From an uncultured bacterium (GTDB lineage Bacteria > Verrucomicrobiota > Verrucomicrobiia > Verrucomicrobiales > Verrucomicrobiaceae), in assembly GCA_966252325.1 (NCBI GenBank), contig CBINON010000023.1:878-64877 (forward strand): 64,000 nucleotides of DNA, written 5' to 3'. This document shows positions 1-10,186 of the stretch, piece by piece (position 1 is the stretch's first letter; each line of letters starts with the position of its first letter). The notes under the pieces were generated by a model, which searched no databases, had not been told where the DNA came from, and saw only the letters and a program-made list of their open reading frames with translations. The translations under genes and the position numbers were made by a program.

Positions 1-584
1 TCCTGCAGATACAGCGGTTCGAGGGGCCGGGCAGCCCGTGCCGTCACTGTTGCCTCATCGAAGCCGGCTGCCAGGCGCGCCAGCGCGACCGCGTCAGGAC
101 GCACGGAGACCACGCTCGTCAGGCCGAGCGGCACCGCCGCGTCATAGGTGAACCAGTCGCCACCGTCCGCGACTTCGGCGTGCGCCGCCTCGGCATCGAG
201 CAGGTGAAGTTCCGCCACCTCGCCGTCGGCGATGCGCGCCACATAATACTGGCCGCGACGGGCATCGCCCAGCACACGGTAGGGGCTTGCGGCGGCGGTG
301 ACGAGGGAGGGCAGGCCGAAGACGGGCCAGCCGCGCGCCAGGGCGACCGCCTGCGCGGCGGCGATGGCGATGCGCACGCCGGTGTACGAGCCCGGACCTG
401 TGCCGACCACGAGTCGGGCCGGACCCGCGCCCAGCGCCTCCAGCGCCACGCCGAGCGGGGCGAACAGGCGGGCGTTGTGCGAGCGCTCACTGGTGAAGGC
501 GGCCTCATGCAGCACTTCGCCATCGCGGACAACGGCGAGCACGCCGCGCGGGCTGGAGAGATCGAGGGCTAGAACGGCAGTCAT
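1..584 (-). CDS. tsaB: tRNA t6A biosynthesis protein TsaB (YeaZ family), 3' end cut by the window edge
   Basis: Minus strand read by eye from the ATG at 584-582: MTAVLALDLSSPRGVLAVVRDGEVLHEAAFTSERSHNARLF...VVGTGPGSYTGVRIAIAAAQAVALARGWPV. GPGSYTGxRI is the YeaZ/TsaB signature. ATGA overlap with the tsaE stop. Missing from the ORF track because its stop lies beyond position 1. Confidence 0.8.
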   Translation of the reverse strand, partial: MTAVLALDLSSPRGVLAVVRDGEVLHEAAFTSERSHNARLFAPLGVALEALGAGPARLVVGTGPGSYTGVRIAIAAAQAVALARGWPVFGLPSLVTAAASPYRVLGDARRGQYYVARIADGEVAELHLLDAEAAHAEVADGGDWFTYDAAVPLGLTSVVSVRPDAVALARLAAGFDEATVTARAARPLEPLYLQ

Positions 585-994
585 GGGGCGGTCTTCTCCA
601 TCACACGCCGGGAACCATCCGGCAAGGGTTCGAAGGCAAACCAGCGCGTCTGCGCGGGCAGCAGGCCGGGAAAGCGGTCGGCCCATTCGACGACCACGAC
701 GCCGGCTTCATCCAGAATGTCATCCCAGCCCGCCGCCAGCACCGCCTCCGGTCGCTCATGGCGATAAAAGTCAAAGTGAAACACCGGCAGCCGGCCGTCG
801 CGGTACTCATGGACGAGGGTAAAGGTCGGGCTGGTGACGGCAGCCTGCGAGCCGAGCCCGGCGACGATGCCCTTGACGGCCTGGGTCTTGCCGGCGCCGA
901 GCGGACCGCAGAGGGCCACGACCGCGCCGGCGGCCAGGGAGGCGCCGAGCGCATGCCCCCAGTCCAGGGTGTCTTCCGGAGTCGCCAGTTTCAT
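581..994 (-). CDS. tsaE: tRNA t6A biosynthesis ATPase TsaE (YjeE)
   Basis: 137-aa ORF with P-loop GPLGAGKTQAVKG, then TSPTFTLVHEY and FDFYR blocks typical of TsaE. ATGA overlaps on both sides (thiL stop, tsaB start). Confidence 0.9.
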   Translation of the reverse strand: MKLATPEDTLDWGHALGASLAAGAVVALCGPLGAGKTQAVKGIVAGLGSQAAVTSPTFTLVHEYRDGRLPVFHFDFYRHERPEAVLAAGWDDILDEAGVVVVEWADRFPGLLPAQTRWFAFEPLPDGSRRVMEKTAP

Positions 995-1881
995 GCGCGA
1001 AAATGATCCCAGCCTCCGGTGGGTGCAGTGCGGCGCCGCGGGGTGTCGGTAAGCCGGCCGATGCAGGTCAGCGGCAGGCGCGGGAAGGCCCTGCGCCAGG
1101 CTGCCAGCGCTGCGGGCCGCACCTCGGGGGCGACCGCCAGCAGCAGCTCATAATCCTCGCCGTCACCCCAGGCCTGGGCAGGGCTGCAGCCGGCCGTGCA
1201 GGGCAGTGCCTCCGGCTCCACCTCAAAGCCGAGGCCGGCACCACCAGCGAGGCGAGGCAGATCCCTGGCGAGGCCATCGCTGAGATCCATCATGGCGCGC
1301 ACGGGCAGTCGCCTGGCCAGCCACTGCGCCTCGGCGAGGCGGGGCTGGAAGCGCAGGTGACGCCCCCCGAGCGAACCGCCGAGGCGGCCGGTGACAAACA
1401 GTCGGTCACCGGCGCGCGCGCCATGCCGGCGCACCCAGGCGTTCGCCGGGGCATCGCCGCTAAGGCTGACCGTGACGATGAGCTGGCCGCCGCGGGCGGT
1501 TTCGCCGCCGACCACCGCCACCCCGTGCTGACGTGCCAGCGCGTGCAGCCCGCGGTAGAGATCGAGCACCCGCCGCACCGGTGTGGCCGGCGGCGCGATG
1601 AGGGTGACCAGGGCGTGGCGCGGCGTCGCCGCCATGGCGGCGAAATCGCTGAGCACGCGCGCCAGCGCCTTGCGGCCGATCAGGTGCGCGGGGGTGTCGG
1701 CAGTGAAGTGCACCCCCTCGACGACGGTGTCGGTTTTGAGCAGCAGGTGCCGGCCCGGGCGCGGCGCATGCACAACCGCACAGTCATCGCCCGGCCCCTC
1801 GACCACCCCGGCGCCGCTGCGGCGGCCGTGGACGAGGCGGCGGATGAGTTCGTCCTCACCGATGTCGGCCAGGGTCTTCAT
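991..1881 (-). CDS. thiL: thiamine-monophosphate kinase ThiL
   Basis: C-terminal 296 aa of the 595-aa track ORF, starting MKTLADIGEDELIRRL. Carries GDDCAV and DLSDGLARDL blocks of the AIR-synthase-like ThiL fold. The upstream 299 codons are Arg/Ala/Pro-rich and overlap the CPBP gene in another frame, so the start is placed at 1881. Confidence 0.85.
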   Translation of the reverse strand: MKTLADIGEDELIRRLVHGRRSGAGVVEGPGDDCAVVHAPRPGRHLLLKTDTVVEGVHFTADTPAHLIGRKALARVLSDFAAMAATPRHALVTLIAPPATPVRRVLDLYRGLHALARQHGVAVVGGETARGGQLIVTVSLSGDAPANAWVRRHGARAGDRLFVTGRLGGSLGGRHLRFQPRLAEAQWLARRLPVRAMMDLSDGLARDLPRLAGGAGLGFEVEPEALPCTAGCSPAQAWGDGEDYELLLAVAPEVRPAALAAWRRAFPRLPLTCIGRLTDTPRRRTAPTGGWDHFRA

Positions 1882-2720
1882 GCCGTGGCCTCCGGAAACA
1901 GCAGGAGCAGCGCGAGGCTGGTCAGGTTGAAGAGGGCATGCAGGAGCATGGGCACGAGCAGGCTGCCGCTGAGTTCGTAGGCGGCGCAGAGCAGCAGGGC
2001 GAGCACGGCAAGCGGCAGCAGGCTGCCGACGTGCAGGTGAACGACGGCGAACAGCAGCGCCGAACAGAGGGCGGCGAACCAGGCGTCGGTGAAGCGCTTG
2101 ATGACCCCGTAGATGAAGCCGCGGAAGAGCAGTTCCTCGACGAGCGGCGCGACGATGACCGCGGCGACCACGAGCACGATGCGGGCGGCGGTGTCGCCCG
2201 AATCGCGGAAGGCGCGCACGGCATCCTGGGCCTCGAGATCGGGCCAGAAGGACTGCAGCCAGTGGTTGACGCCCCAGGCGACACCGTTGACGACGAGCAG
2301 CAGCGGCAGCATGAGGACCAGGGTGAGACCGACCGCCGACAGCGGCCCGAGCCGGCGCACACCGAACAACTCGGCGGCGTGCAGGCCGCGAACGCCCCTG
2401 AGATAAAACAGCAGCAGGGCGGCGGCGAAGAGCTGCACAAAGATGCCGCTGGCGACGAGCGACGCACTGAGTTCGGGTTCCACCTCGGCGGCGGCCCCGC
2501 CGCCGGCCTGGCGCAGGCCGCCGAGCAGCAGCAGCGACAGCGCCGCAACCACAACCGCATCGGCGGCGATGTAGGCTCGGGCATCGACCCGGCCGCCCCA
2601 GTTCCAGCCGGCGGCGGGGCGCGCCAGGCGCAGAACCTTGTAGGCGGCGGCACCGGCGAGCAGGGCCAGCCAGACCAGCAGGGTCACGTCCTTGAGGACG
2701 GCGGTCGTGAGGGCATCCAT
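1878..2720 (-). CDS. CPBP (CAAX/Abi) family intramembrane metalloprotease
   Basis: 280-aa polytopic membrane protein with the three CPBP motifs: EELLFRG, FAVVH and HALFN. ATGA overlap with the thiL start. Confidence 0.85.
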   Translation of the reverse strand: MDALTTAVLKDVTLLVWLALLAGAAAYKVLRLARPAAGWNWGGRVDARAYIAADAVVVAALSLLLLGGLRQAGGGAAAEVEPELSASLVASGIFVQLFAAALLLFYLRGVRGLHAAELFGVRRLGPLSAVGLTLVLMLPLLLVVNGVAWGVNHWLQSFWPDLEAQDAVRAFRDSGDTAARIVLVVAAVIVAPLVEELLFRGFIYGVIKRFTDAWFAALCSALLFAVVHLHVGSLLPLAVLALLLCAAYELSGSLLVPMLLHALFNLTSLALLLLFPEATA

Positions 2721-2725
2721 GGGAC

Positions 2726-3736
2726 TCAGCGCACCAGCCAGGCCGGAAGATAATACAGCAGGCCGGGCTGCACGGCACCGGTCGGACCGCCGGCGAGTTC
2801 GAGTTTCACCGGCCCGGCGGCGCGCGCCGTGGCCAGACCTAGCAGGGACAGCAGACCCGGATTCGAGCGGTACTTCACCACCCGGGCGCCCGGCGCCTTG
2901 CCCAGCTCACGGGCCGACTCCCAAGCATCTTCGAGGTAGCCAACCTGATCGACCAAGCCCTCCTTGAGCGCCTGGGCACCGGTGAAGACGCGGCCGTCGG
3001 CGACCGTGCCGCGCAGTTGCTCCGGCGTCTTGCCGCGGGCCTGGGCAACAACGCCGAGGAAGCGTTCGTACATTTCATTGACCAGTCCCTGCACGTAGGC
3101 CGCCTCCTCCTCGCGCATGGGGCGCGCGCCGCTGAGGGTGTCCTTGAAGGCACCGCTGGTGAAGGCGCGGGCGCCAAGCCCCACCTTTTCCAACAGTCCG
3201 TGGTAGCTGAACGATTCCATCATGACACCGATGCTGCCGGTGAGGGTGGTTTCCGAGGCGACGATCCTGCTGGCGCCGCAGGCGACATAATAACCGCCGC
3301 TGGCGGCGACGGCATCCATGTAAACCACGACCGGCTTTTTGGCCGCCGCCCGCCGCACCGCCGCATACAGGGTGTCGGAGGCGGTGACCTCGCCGCCCGG
3401 TGAATGAATGCGCAGCAGCACCGCCTTCACCGCGTCGTCGGCGACCGCCTGCTCGAGCGCCTGCTTGATGAGGTCGAGCTGCGGCAGGGCACCGCCGAGC
3501 AGGCCGCTGTCGCCGCCCGCCGAGGTGATGAGCCCTTCCAGATCAATCTGCGCGATCTTGTCGGCCACACCTGCCGAACCCGGCGCCTCGAGTCGCTCCT
3601 CGAGGGGGACGCGCGACTCTTCGGCAGCACCGGCACTGCCGGCGAGGGCGGCCGATTGCAGGATGTTAAAGCCGATGCTGACGAGCAGGGCGAGGACGAG
3701 CAGGCCGGTGAGGCACCCCATGGCGACGCGGTTCAT
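2726..3736 (-). CDS. sppA: signal peptide peptidase SppA (36K type)
   Basis: Blocks LRIHSPGGEVTAS, AASGGYYVA and TGSIGV, followed by a ClpP/crotonase-like C-terminus. Start placed at MNRVAMGCLTGLLVLALLV (TM helix). The track ORF extends to 3898, but the extra 54 codons are Arg/Pro-rich. Confidence 0.8.
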   Translation of the reverse strand: MNRVAMGCLTGLLVLALLVSIGFNILQSAALAGSAGAAEESRVPLEERLEAPGSAGVADKIAQIDLEGLITSAGGDSGLLGGALPQLDLIKQALEQAVADDAVKAVLLRIHSPGGEVTASDTLYAAVRRAAAKKPVVVYMDAVAASGGYYVACGASRIVASETTLTGSIGVMMESFSYHGLLEKVGLGARAFTSGAFKDTLSGARPMREEEAAYVQGLVNEMYERFLGVVAQARGKTPEQLRGTVADGRVFTGAQALKEGLVDQVGYLEDAWESARELGKAPGARVVKYRSNPGLLSLLGLATARAAGPVKLELAGGPTGAVQPGLLYYLPAWLVR

Positions 3737-3878
3737 GGCCGTGAGTCTAGGCGGTGCCGCGCGTCCTGGCAAGGCCGCCGAAGCCGGGTTTGGCCGTTGA
3801 TTCCGCGGCCGAGAGGGGCGAGACTGTTTTTGCATCCCGTTGACGGCCGGTCGCTGTCGTGCGAGGAGCGGCGCCCTC

Positions 3879-4463
3879 ATGAAGTACCTCACCGTCATCC
3901 GTCATGCCAAGTCGAGCTGGGCCCAGCCCGGCCTGCCCGACCATGACCGGCCGCTCAATGAGCGCGGCCGGCGCGCGGCACCAGCGGTGGCCTCCTTCCT
4001 GCAGCGCACCTACTTTGACGCCGCCCAGGCACCGGCCCTGCTGCCGGCGCCCGACGCCCTGGTCAGCAGCACGGCCCTGCGCGCGGTCGCCACCGCCCAG
4101 TGCATGCGCGAGGTGTTCGGCCTGCCGGTGGCGGCGCTGCAGCTGGACTCGCGACTGTACCTGGCCTCGGCCCAGCGCCTGCTGGAAGTCGTGCGCGGCC
4201 TCGACGAATCCTGGCGGCACGCCGTGCTCTTTGGCCACAATCCGGGGCTGCTGGAATTCGCCGAGCACCTTCTCGTGCGCGCCCACGTGCCGCGCATGCC
4301 AACCTGTTCGGCGGTGATTCTGGCGCTGCCGCACGCCTACTGGGGGCTCGCGGACTGGGGCGAGGCGCAGTTGGTTGGCTATGTCACCCCGCGGGCCATC
4401 GAGCGCCGTTTTCCGGAACTGTATGCCGGCATCTCGCAGCACTCCGCCGACGAGGACGCTTAG
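3879..4463 (+). CDS. histidine phosphatase family protein (SixA-like)
   Basis: MKYLTVIRHAKSSW...RPLNERGRR...LFGHNPG matches the RHG-type catalytic core of SixA and phosphoglycerate-mutase-like phosphatases. Start chosen at the internal ATG 3879. Confidence 0.75.
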   Translation: MKYLTVIRHAKSSWAQPGLPDHDRPLNERGRRAAPAVASFLQRTYFDAAQAPALLPAPDALVSSTALRAVATAQCMREVFGLPVAALQLDSRLYLASAQRLLEVVRGLDESWRHAVLFGHNPGLLEFAEHLLVRAHVPRMPTCSAVILALPHAYWGLADWGEAQLVGYVTPRAIERRFPELYAGISQHSADEDA

Positions 4464-4648
4464 GCCTTCTGCAGGAAGGTGAAGACAACGACACCCAGCA
4501 GAAGAAACGTGGCGGCAATGAGCATTCCGGCGATCATGATGTCCGCTGCATAGGTCAAAAGCGCGACGCGCGCCAGCAAAAGTTTTTGGCCGCCAGCCGA
4601 CGGTCGCGCTGCCTGCCGCGGCACATTCTTTGCCCCGGGAACTGACAT
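4460..4648 (-). CDS. possible small membrane protein (hypothetical)
   Basis: 62-aa ORF whose last 25 aa (MIAGMLIAATFLLLGVVVFTFLQKA) form one hydrophobic helix. Its stop overlaps the convergent SixA-like stop. No family recognised and codon usage is less GC3-biased than its neighbours. Confidence 0.25.
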   Translation of the reverse strand: MSVPGAKNVPRQAARPSAGGQKLLLARVALLTYAADIMIAGMLIAATFLLLGVVVFTFLQKA

Positions 4649-4717
4649 TCACCTTGATTCGCCGGCCGAGCGATGCCAGTTTGAAGGCTCGTTTTACAAC
4701 ATTTCACCTCACTGACC

Positions 4718-5014
4718 ATGGGACAACAGCTCAACAAGATCGTCAAACGCCGCCGCCGGAAACTCTACCTCGCCCGCAAGAAGGCGCTGGCCAAGTCCGG
4801 CCAGGCGCGCAAGACCCCGGCCACCAAGGCCACCGCGGCCAAGCCCGCCGCCAAGAAGACGGCCGCGAAAAAGCCGGCCGCCAAGAAGGTCGCCAAGGCC
4901 GCCGCCGAAACCCAGGCTCCTGTCGCCGAGACCCCGGCCGTCGAAACCCCGGCGGTTGTCGCCGAGGTCGAGACTCCCGTCACGGAAGCTCCGGCGCCCG
5001 CCGCTGAAGCCTGA
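4718..5014 (+). CDS. Lys/Ala-rich basic protein with acidic Pro/Glu/Thr-rich tail (histone H1-like composition)
   Basis: 98-aa [103 protein letters not shown]3 usage is consistent with a real gene. It lies directly upstream of rpsP on the same strand. Confidence 0.6.
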   Translation: MGQQLNKIVKRRRRKLYLARKKALAKSGQARKTPATKATAAKPAAKKTAAKKPAAKKVAKAAAETQAPVAETPAVETPAVVAEVETPVTEAPAPAAEA

Positions 5015-5021
5015 TCTCCGC

Positions 5022-5065
5022 GCGGGCGGTGGCCAATCGGAAAAAAACCGGTTGCTTTCGCCCGC
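5022..5065 (+). terminator. long hairpin between the basic-protein gene and rpsP (terminator or leader structure)
   Basis: GCGGGCG (5022-5028) pairs with CGCCCGC (5059-5065). An inner stem GCCAATCGG/CCGGTTGC closes an A7 loop. No clean U-tract follows, so it may be a leader structure rather than an intrinsic terminator. Confidence 0.3.
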
Positions 5066-5111
5066 TCCTCCGGCATTTTGCCCACCCCTTAGACCGTATT
5101 TTTTCATTCCC

Positions 5112-5363
5112 ATGGCAGTCGCAATCCGTCTCCGTCAAGAAGGCTCCAAAGGCCGTCCGTTCTACCGCATCGTCGCCGCCGACCAGCGCTACCGTCGCGA
5201 CGGCCGCTTCCTGGAGATCCTCGGCACCTACGATCCCGCCCTCAAAGCCGGCAATGCCGACGTCAACCTGGAGCGTGTGAACGCTTGGATTGCCAATGGC
5301 GCCCAGCCCACGGAAACCGTTCGCAGCCTCATCAAGAAGGCGCGTGCGGCCCAGAATGCCTGA
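5112..5363 (+). CDS. rpsP: 30S ribosomal protein S16
   Basis: [42 protein letters not shown] is a canonical bS16 N-terminus. Start taken at the internal ATG 5112 of the track ORF 4956-5363. Confidence 0.95.
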   Translation: MAVAIRLRQEGSKGRPFYRIVAADQRYRRDGRFLEILGTYDPALKAGNADVNLERVNAWIANGAQPTETVRSLIKKARAAQNA

Positions 5364-5429
5364 TTCACCCCTTCCCTGCACCGTCGCCGCCCGGTTCCCT
5401 GGCGGCATCTCTGCGTACTCCCGCCCGCC

Positions 5430-5756
5430 ATGGATGCCCCCGAAGCTCTGCGCGAATTTCTGACCTACGTGGTGGCCAACCTGATCGACCACCCAAAGGA
5501 GGCCACCATTGCCAGCGGGCGCAGTGCCAACGGCGGGCTGGCGTTTCGAGTCATGCTCGCCCCCGACGACGTGCGCCTCGTGCACGGCCGCAACGGCATG
5601 ACCGCCAGCGCCATCCGCTCCCTTCTGCAAACCGCCGCCGAGAGGCACGGCCTCAAGGTGAGCCTGAAGATTGGCAGCGTGCGCGACGAGGACGGCAGCG
5701 AGCCGGAAGGCCGTGCGGAGAGCGAAGCCACTGACGACGCGACCGCCGAGTCCTGA
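5430..5756 (+). CDS. KH-domain RNA-binding protein (YlqC/UPF0109-like)
   Basis: 108 aa with LREFLTYVVANLIDHPKEA...GRNGMTASAIRSLL (a GxxG-type KH loop). It occupies the conserved position immediately after rpsP. Confidence 0.85.
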   Translation: MDAPEALREFLTYVVANLIDHPKEATIASGRSANGGLAFRVMLAPDDVRLVHGRNGMTASAIRSLLQTAAERHGLKVSLKIGSVRDEDGSEPEGRAESEATDDATAES

Positions 5757-5763
5757 CGCCCCG

Positions 5764-7158
5764 ATGCCCCTGAAGCTTCACGACACCCTGACGCGCGCCG
5801 AGCGGACGCTGCGACCCCTCGACGGCCGCACCCTCAAATTGTACTGCTGCGGACCGACCGTTTACGGCCCCGCCCACATCGGCAACTTCCGCACCTTTGT
5901 CCTGCAGGACGTCTTTCGGCGCGTGGTGGAACACGGCGGCCTGGAAACGCTGCATGTGCGCAACCTGACGGATGTCGACGACAAGACCATCCGCGACTCG
6001 CAGAAGGCCGGCCAGCCGCTGACCGAGTTCACCCGGCACTGGACGGCAAAATTCCATGCCGACTGCGCGGCGCTGAACCTGCTGCCGCCGCATGTCGAAC
6101 CGGGAGCGGTCGACCACATCCCGCACCAGATCCGCATGATCGAGGCGCTCGTCGCCCGCGGCCACGCCTATGCGGCGGCCGATGGCAGCGTCTATTTCAA
6201 GGTCGCCTCCTTCCCCGAGTACGGCCGTCTGTCGCACCTCGACGAGCGCGAGCTGAAACCCGCCGCGACGGCCACCGACAGCGATGAGTACGGCAAGGAC
6301 GCGGTCGCCGATTTCGCCCTGTGGAAGGCGCGCAAGCCCGAGGATGGCCCGAACTTCTGGCCCAGCCCCTGGGGCGAGGGCCGGCCCGGCTGGCACCTCG
6401 AATGCAGCGCCATGGCGCTGGAATACCTCGGCGAGGACTTCGACGTGCACAGCGGCGGCGTCGACCTGGTGTTCCCGCACCACGAGAACGAGATCGCCCA
6501 GAGCTGCTGCGCCACCCACGGCCACTTTGCCCGCCACTGGTTCCACATCGCCCATCTCATGGTCGACGGCGGCAAGATGAGCAAGAGCCTGGGCAACCTG
6601 TACACGCTCGACGACCTGCGGCAGCGCGGCTACACGCCGGCCGAGACGCGTTACGTGCTGATCAACGGTCATTACCGTGCACCGCTGAACTTCACCTTTC
6701 ACTCGCTCGACGCCGCCCGCCAGGCCCTGCACAAGCTCGCCAAAAACGCGCAGGCCCTGTGCACGGCGGCAGGGGCGGAGACCGGCTCGCCGGCACCCGG
6801 GCCGTTCGCGGCCGCCTGGGCGCTGCTCGAGGACGATCTCAACGTGCCGGGTGCACTCGGCGAGGTCTTTGCCACCCTCAACCGCCTGAAGCCGGCCGCG
6901 CTTGCCGCCCCGGAGGCGGCGGCCACGCTCGCCGGCCTGCACTTCCTGCTCACCGCCCTCGGCCTGCAACTGCCGGACCTGCGTGAAGAGGTCGCGGAAA
7001 CCGCGCCGGCGGAGATCACCACCCTCGCCGAACGGCGCTGGCAGGCCAAGCAGGCGCGCGACTGGCCCGCCGCCGATGCCCTGCGCCTGGAGCTGGAGTC
7101 CGCCGGCTGGCTGGTCAAGGACGGCAAGGACGGCTGGCAGCTCGTGCGCAAGGCCTGA
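5764..7158 (+). CDS. cysS: cysteine--tRNA ligase
   Basis: MPLKLHDTLTR...CGPTVYGPAHIGNFRTF (HIGH-type motif) and KMSKSLGN (KMSKS motif). Start placed at ATG 5764 inside the longer track ORF. Confidence 0.95.
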   Translation: MPLKLHDTLTRAERTLRPLDGRTLKLYCCGPTVYGPAHIGNFRTFVLQDVFRRVVEHGGLETLHVRNLTDVDDKTIRDSQKAGQPLTEFTRHWTAKFHADCAALNLLPPHVEPGAVDHIPHQIRMIEALVARGHAYAAADGSVYFKVASFPEYGRLSHLDERELKPAATATDSDEYGKDAVADFALWKARKPEDGPNFWPSPWGEGRPGWHLECSAMALEYLGEDFDVHSGGVDLVFPHHENEIAQSCCATHGHFARHWFHIAHLMVDGGKMSKSLGNLYTLDDLRQRGYTPAETRYVLINGHYRAPLNFTFHSLDAARQALHKLAKNAQALCTAAGAETGSPAPGPFAAAWALLEDDLNVPGALGEVFATLNRLKPAALAAPEAAATLAGLHFLLTALGLQLPDLREEVAETAPAEITTLAERRWQAKQARDWPAADALRLELESAGWLVKDGKDGWQLVRKA

Positions 7159-7199
7159 GCCGCTAGATCGGGACGGCAGGCAGCGTATTCTGCCCCGAC

Positions 7200-8648
<1,449 letters not shown>

Positions 8649-8862
8649 GTTTCGGCGACACCCCACGTCCCCCCTTCCGTCAGCCGCGCGCCACCGCCAG
8701 TGCAGGGCTGCCCGTGGCGACCACTCGCTGGCGTGCCTGTGCCCGCGGACGTCTCGCCACCATGGGTGGGGCAGTGCTGCGGCGGAAGCCGCGCGCGATC
8801 AAGACTGCCGCCCTCCGGCACGCCAGGCGAACCGCGACGGGGCAGACCGAGCCAGCCGGGGC

Positions 8863-9645
8863 TCAGGGCTGCGTGACGGCCAAGCCAGCGGTTTCTCCGC
8901 TCGGGCCGGGGTCGCGGGTGAGCGGCCAAGCCGCACCGATGTTGAGACGCTCCGGCGGCTCAAGCCCACGCGATTTGCCGTCGCCAAAAAGGACCGTTTG
9001 GTAGGCCAGCGGCACGACGGTTGCACAGACCCGGTCCTCGCCGAGACGCTGGACATGCAGCAGGGCCGCGTACGTGCGCTTCTCGAGCTTGATGACATCC
9101 CCCGCTGCGCAGGGCGCCTCGGCGGCGGCCAGGCCGGGCATGACGAATTCCATGTCGACATCCTCAAAGTCCGTGGCGCGCGCACGCAGCACCCAGCCCT
9201 TGGCAAAGACATCTTCCCGGGCCAGCGGGCGGACCTCAAGCACGCGGTAGGAACCCGTCAGGTAGGCAGGCTGCTCGTGCTGGTGGTTTTTCAGGTAGGA
9301 ACGCTTGAGCAGGTCGTTGCGCAGGCTGAGCTGGGCGTCGGTGTAGGCAAAGAATTCCGCCATGAGGTCCCGCGCCCCAAGGGCCTTGCCGGCGGGCGCC
9401 GTGTACAAGGAGTAGGGGCGCAGCGGCATCAGTTTGCCGCACTTGGCAAGCAGGTTGTAATTGAAGGGCTTTTCCGGCTGGGAAAAGACCATGATGCTGA
9501 AAAACCAGCAGAAGGTGGCCACCCCCATGAGCAGGGTGATCAACACCGCCCACCAGAAGATGCCGCCGGTTTCCTTCTTCTGCGACATGCTGCCGCCCCC
9601 GTAGGATCGGTACTCGCTGCCATCGCTGAGAAATCTCACATGCAT
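8863..9645 (-). CDS. hypothetical membrane-anchored protein
   Basis: 260-aa ORF with gene-like GC3 usage and one N-terminal TM helix (IFWWAVLITLLMGVATFCWFFSIMVF), followed by a ~200-aa soluble region. No motif recognised. The true start may be MSQKKE at 9588. Confidence 0.55.
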   Translation of the reverse strand: MHVRFLSDGSEYRSYGGGSMSQKKETGGIFWWAVLITLLMGVATFCWFFSIMVFSQPEKPFNYNLLAKCGKLMPLRPYSLYTAPAGKALGARDLMAEFFAYTDAQLSLRNDLLKRSYLKNHQHEQPAYLTGSYRVLEVRPLAREDVFAKGWVLRARATDFEDVDMEFVMPGLAAAEAPCAAGDVIKLEKRTYAALLHVQRLGEDRVCATVVPLAYQTVLFGDGKSRGLEPPERLNIGAAWPLTRDPGPSGETAGLAVTQP

Positions 9646-9753
9646 GATGAGGTTCTAGAGAGTATGAATTTTATGGAAATTTACCCCTCAACTTAAGGGC
9701 TGAAGGTGGGATTGGAAAGGATCAATTGCGAGAAACGCTTGTTTTCGAGTGGC

Positions 9754-10089
9754 TTACCCCTCCTGTTTGGGTTCAAACGAGGTCCCGCACCCACAACTAC
9801 GGGCGGCATGGGGATTTTCAATCTTGAATCCGGCGTCATTGAGCGCGTCGACGTAGTCGATCCGGCTGCCGTCGAGCAGGTCCAGGCTGTCGGCGGCGAC
9901 AATGACCGAAACGCCGTCCTGGGAAAAAACCCGGTCGCTTTCGGCCGGCTGAGCGACGCGCATTGAATATTGCAGCCCTGCACAGCCACCGCGTTCGATG
10001 GCCAGCCGGAGGCCGCTGCCCGCCGGCGCATCGTTCTCCGTCAGCAGACGCCGGAGTTGACAGACGGCAGAGTCGGTGAGCTGAATCAT
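9754..10089 (-). CDS. erpA: iron-sulfur cluster insertion protein, IscA/ErpA (HesB) family
   Basis: Last 111 aa of the 331-aa track ORF: MIQLTDSAVCQLRRLL...GLRLAIERGGCAGLQY...CGCGTSF, the three-Cys A-type carrier signature. The upstream part of the ORF is antisense junk over mutL. Confidence 0.85.
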   Translation of the reverse strand: MIQLTDSAVCQLRRLLTENDAPAGSGLRLAIERGGCAGLQYSMRVAQPAESDRVFSQDGVSVIVAADSLDLLDGSRIDYVDALNDAGFKIENPHAARSCGCGTSFEPKQEG

Positions 10090-10186
10090 GAACGGGAAAA
10101 GGGAGGAGAGAACCTTGTCTGCTTTCCACAACAGACTTTCCGTTGCAAGTGTTACGCGATGACGCACCACCCAAATTGCAGCATTT

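Noticed and set aside
991-2778. 595-aa ORF suggesting a much longer ThiL
   Set aside because: The N-terminal 299 codons are Arg/Pro/Ala-rich and overlap the well-supported CPBP protease gene in another frame. ThiL similarity begins at MKTLADIGEDE (ATG 1881), which also forms an ATGA junction with the CPBP stop. The same type of over-extension was trimmed for 28019-30274 (amidase), 32101-33846 (esterase), 9754-10749 (IscA/ErpA-type), 23662-24726 (M50), 60363-61742 (CBS-nucleotidyltransferase) and 61099-63987 (legC).
9700-9745. Hairpin CGAGAAACgcttGTTTTCG downstream of the IscA/ErpA-type gene as a terminator
   Set aside because: The stem has only 7 bp with a bulge, and neither strand has a U-tract. 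It is too weak to annotate.
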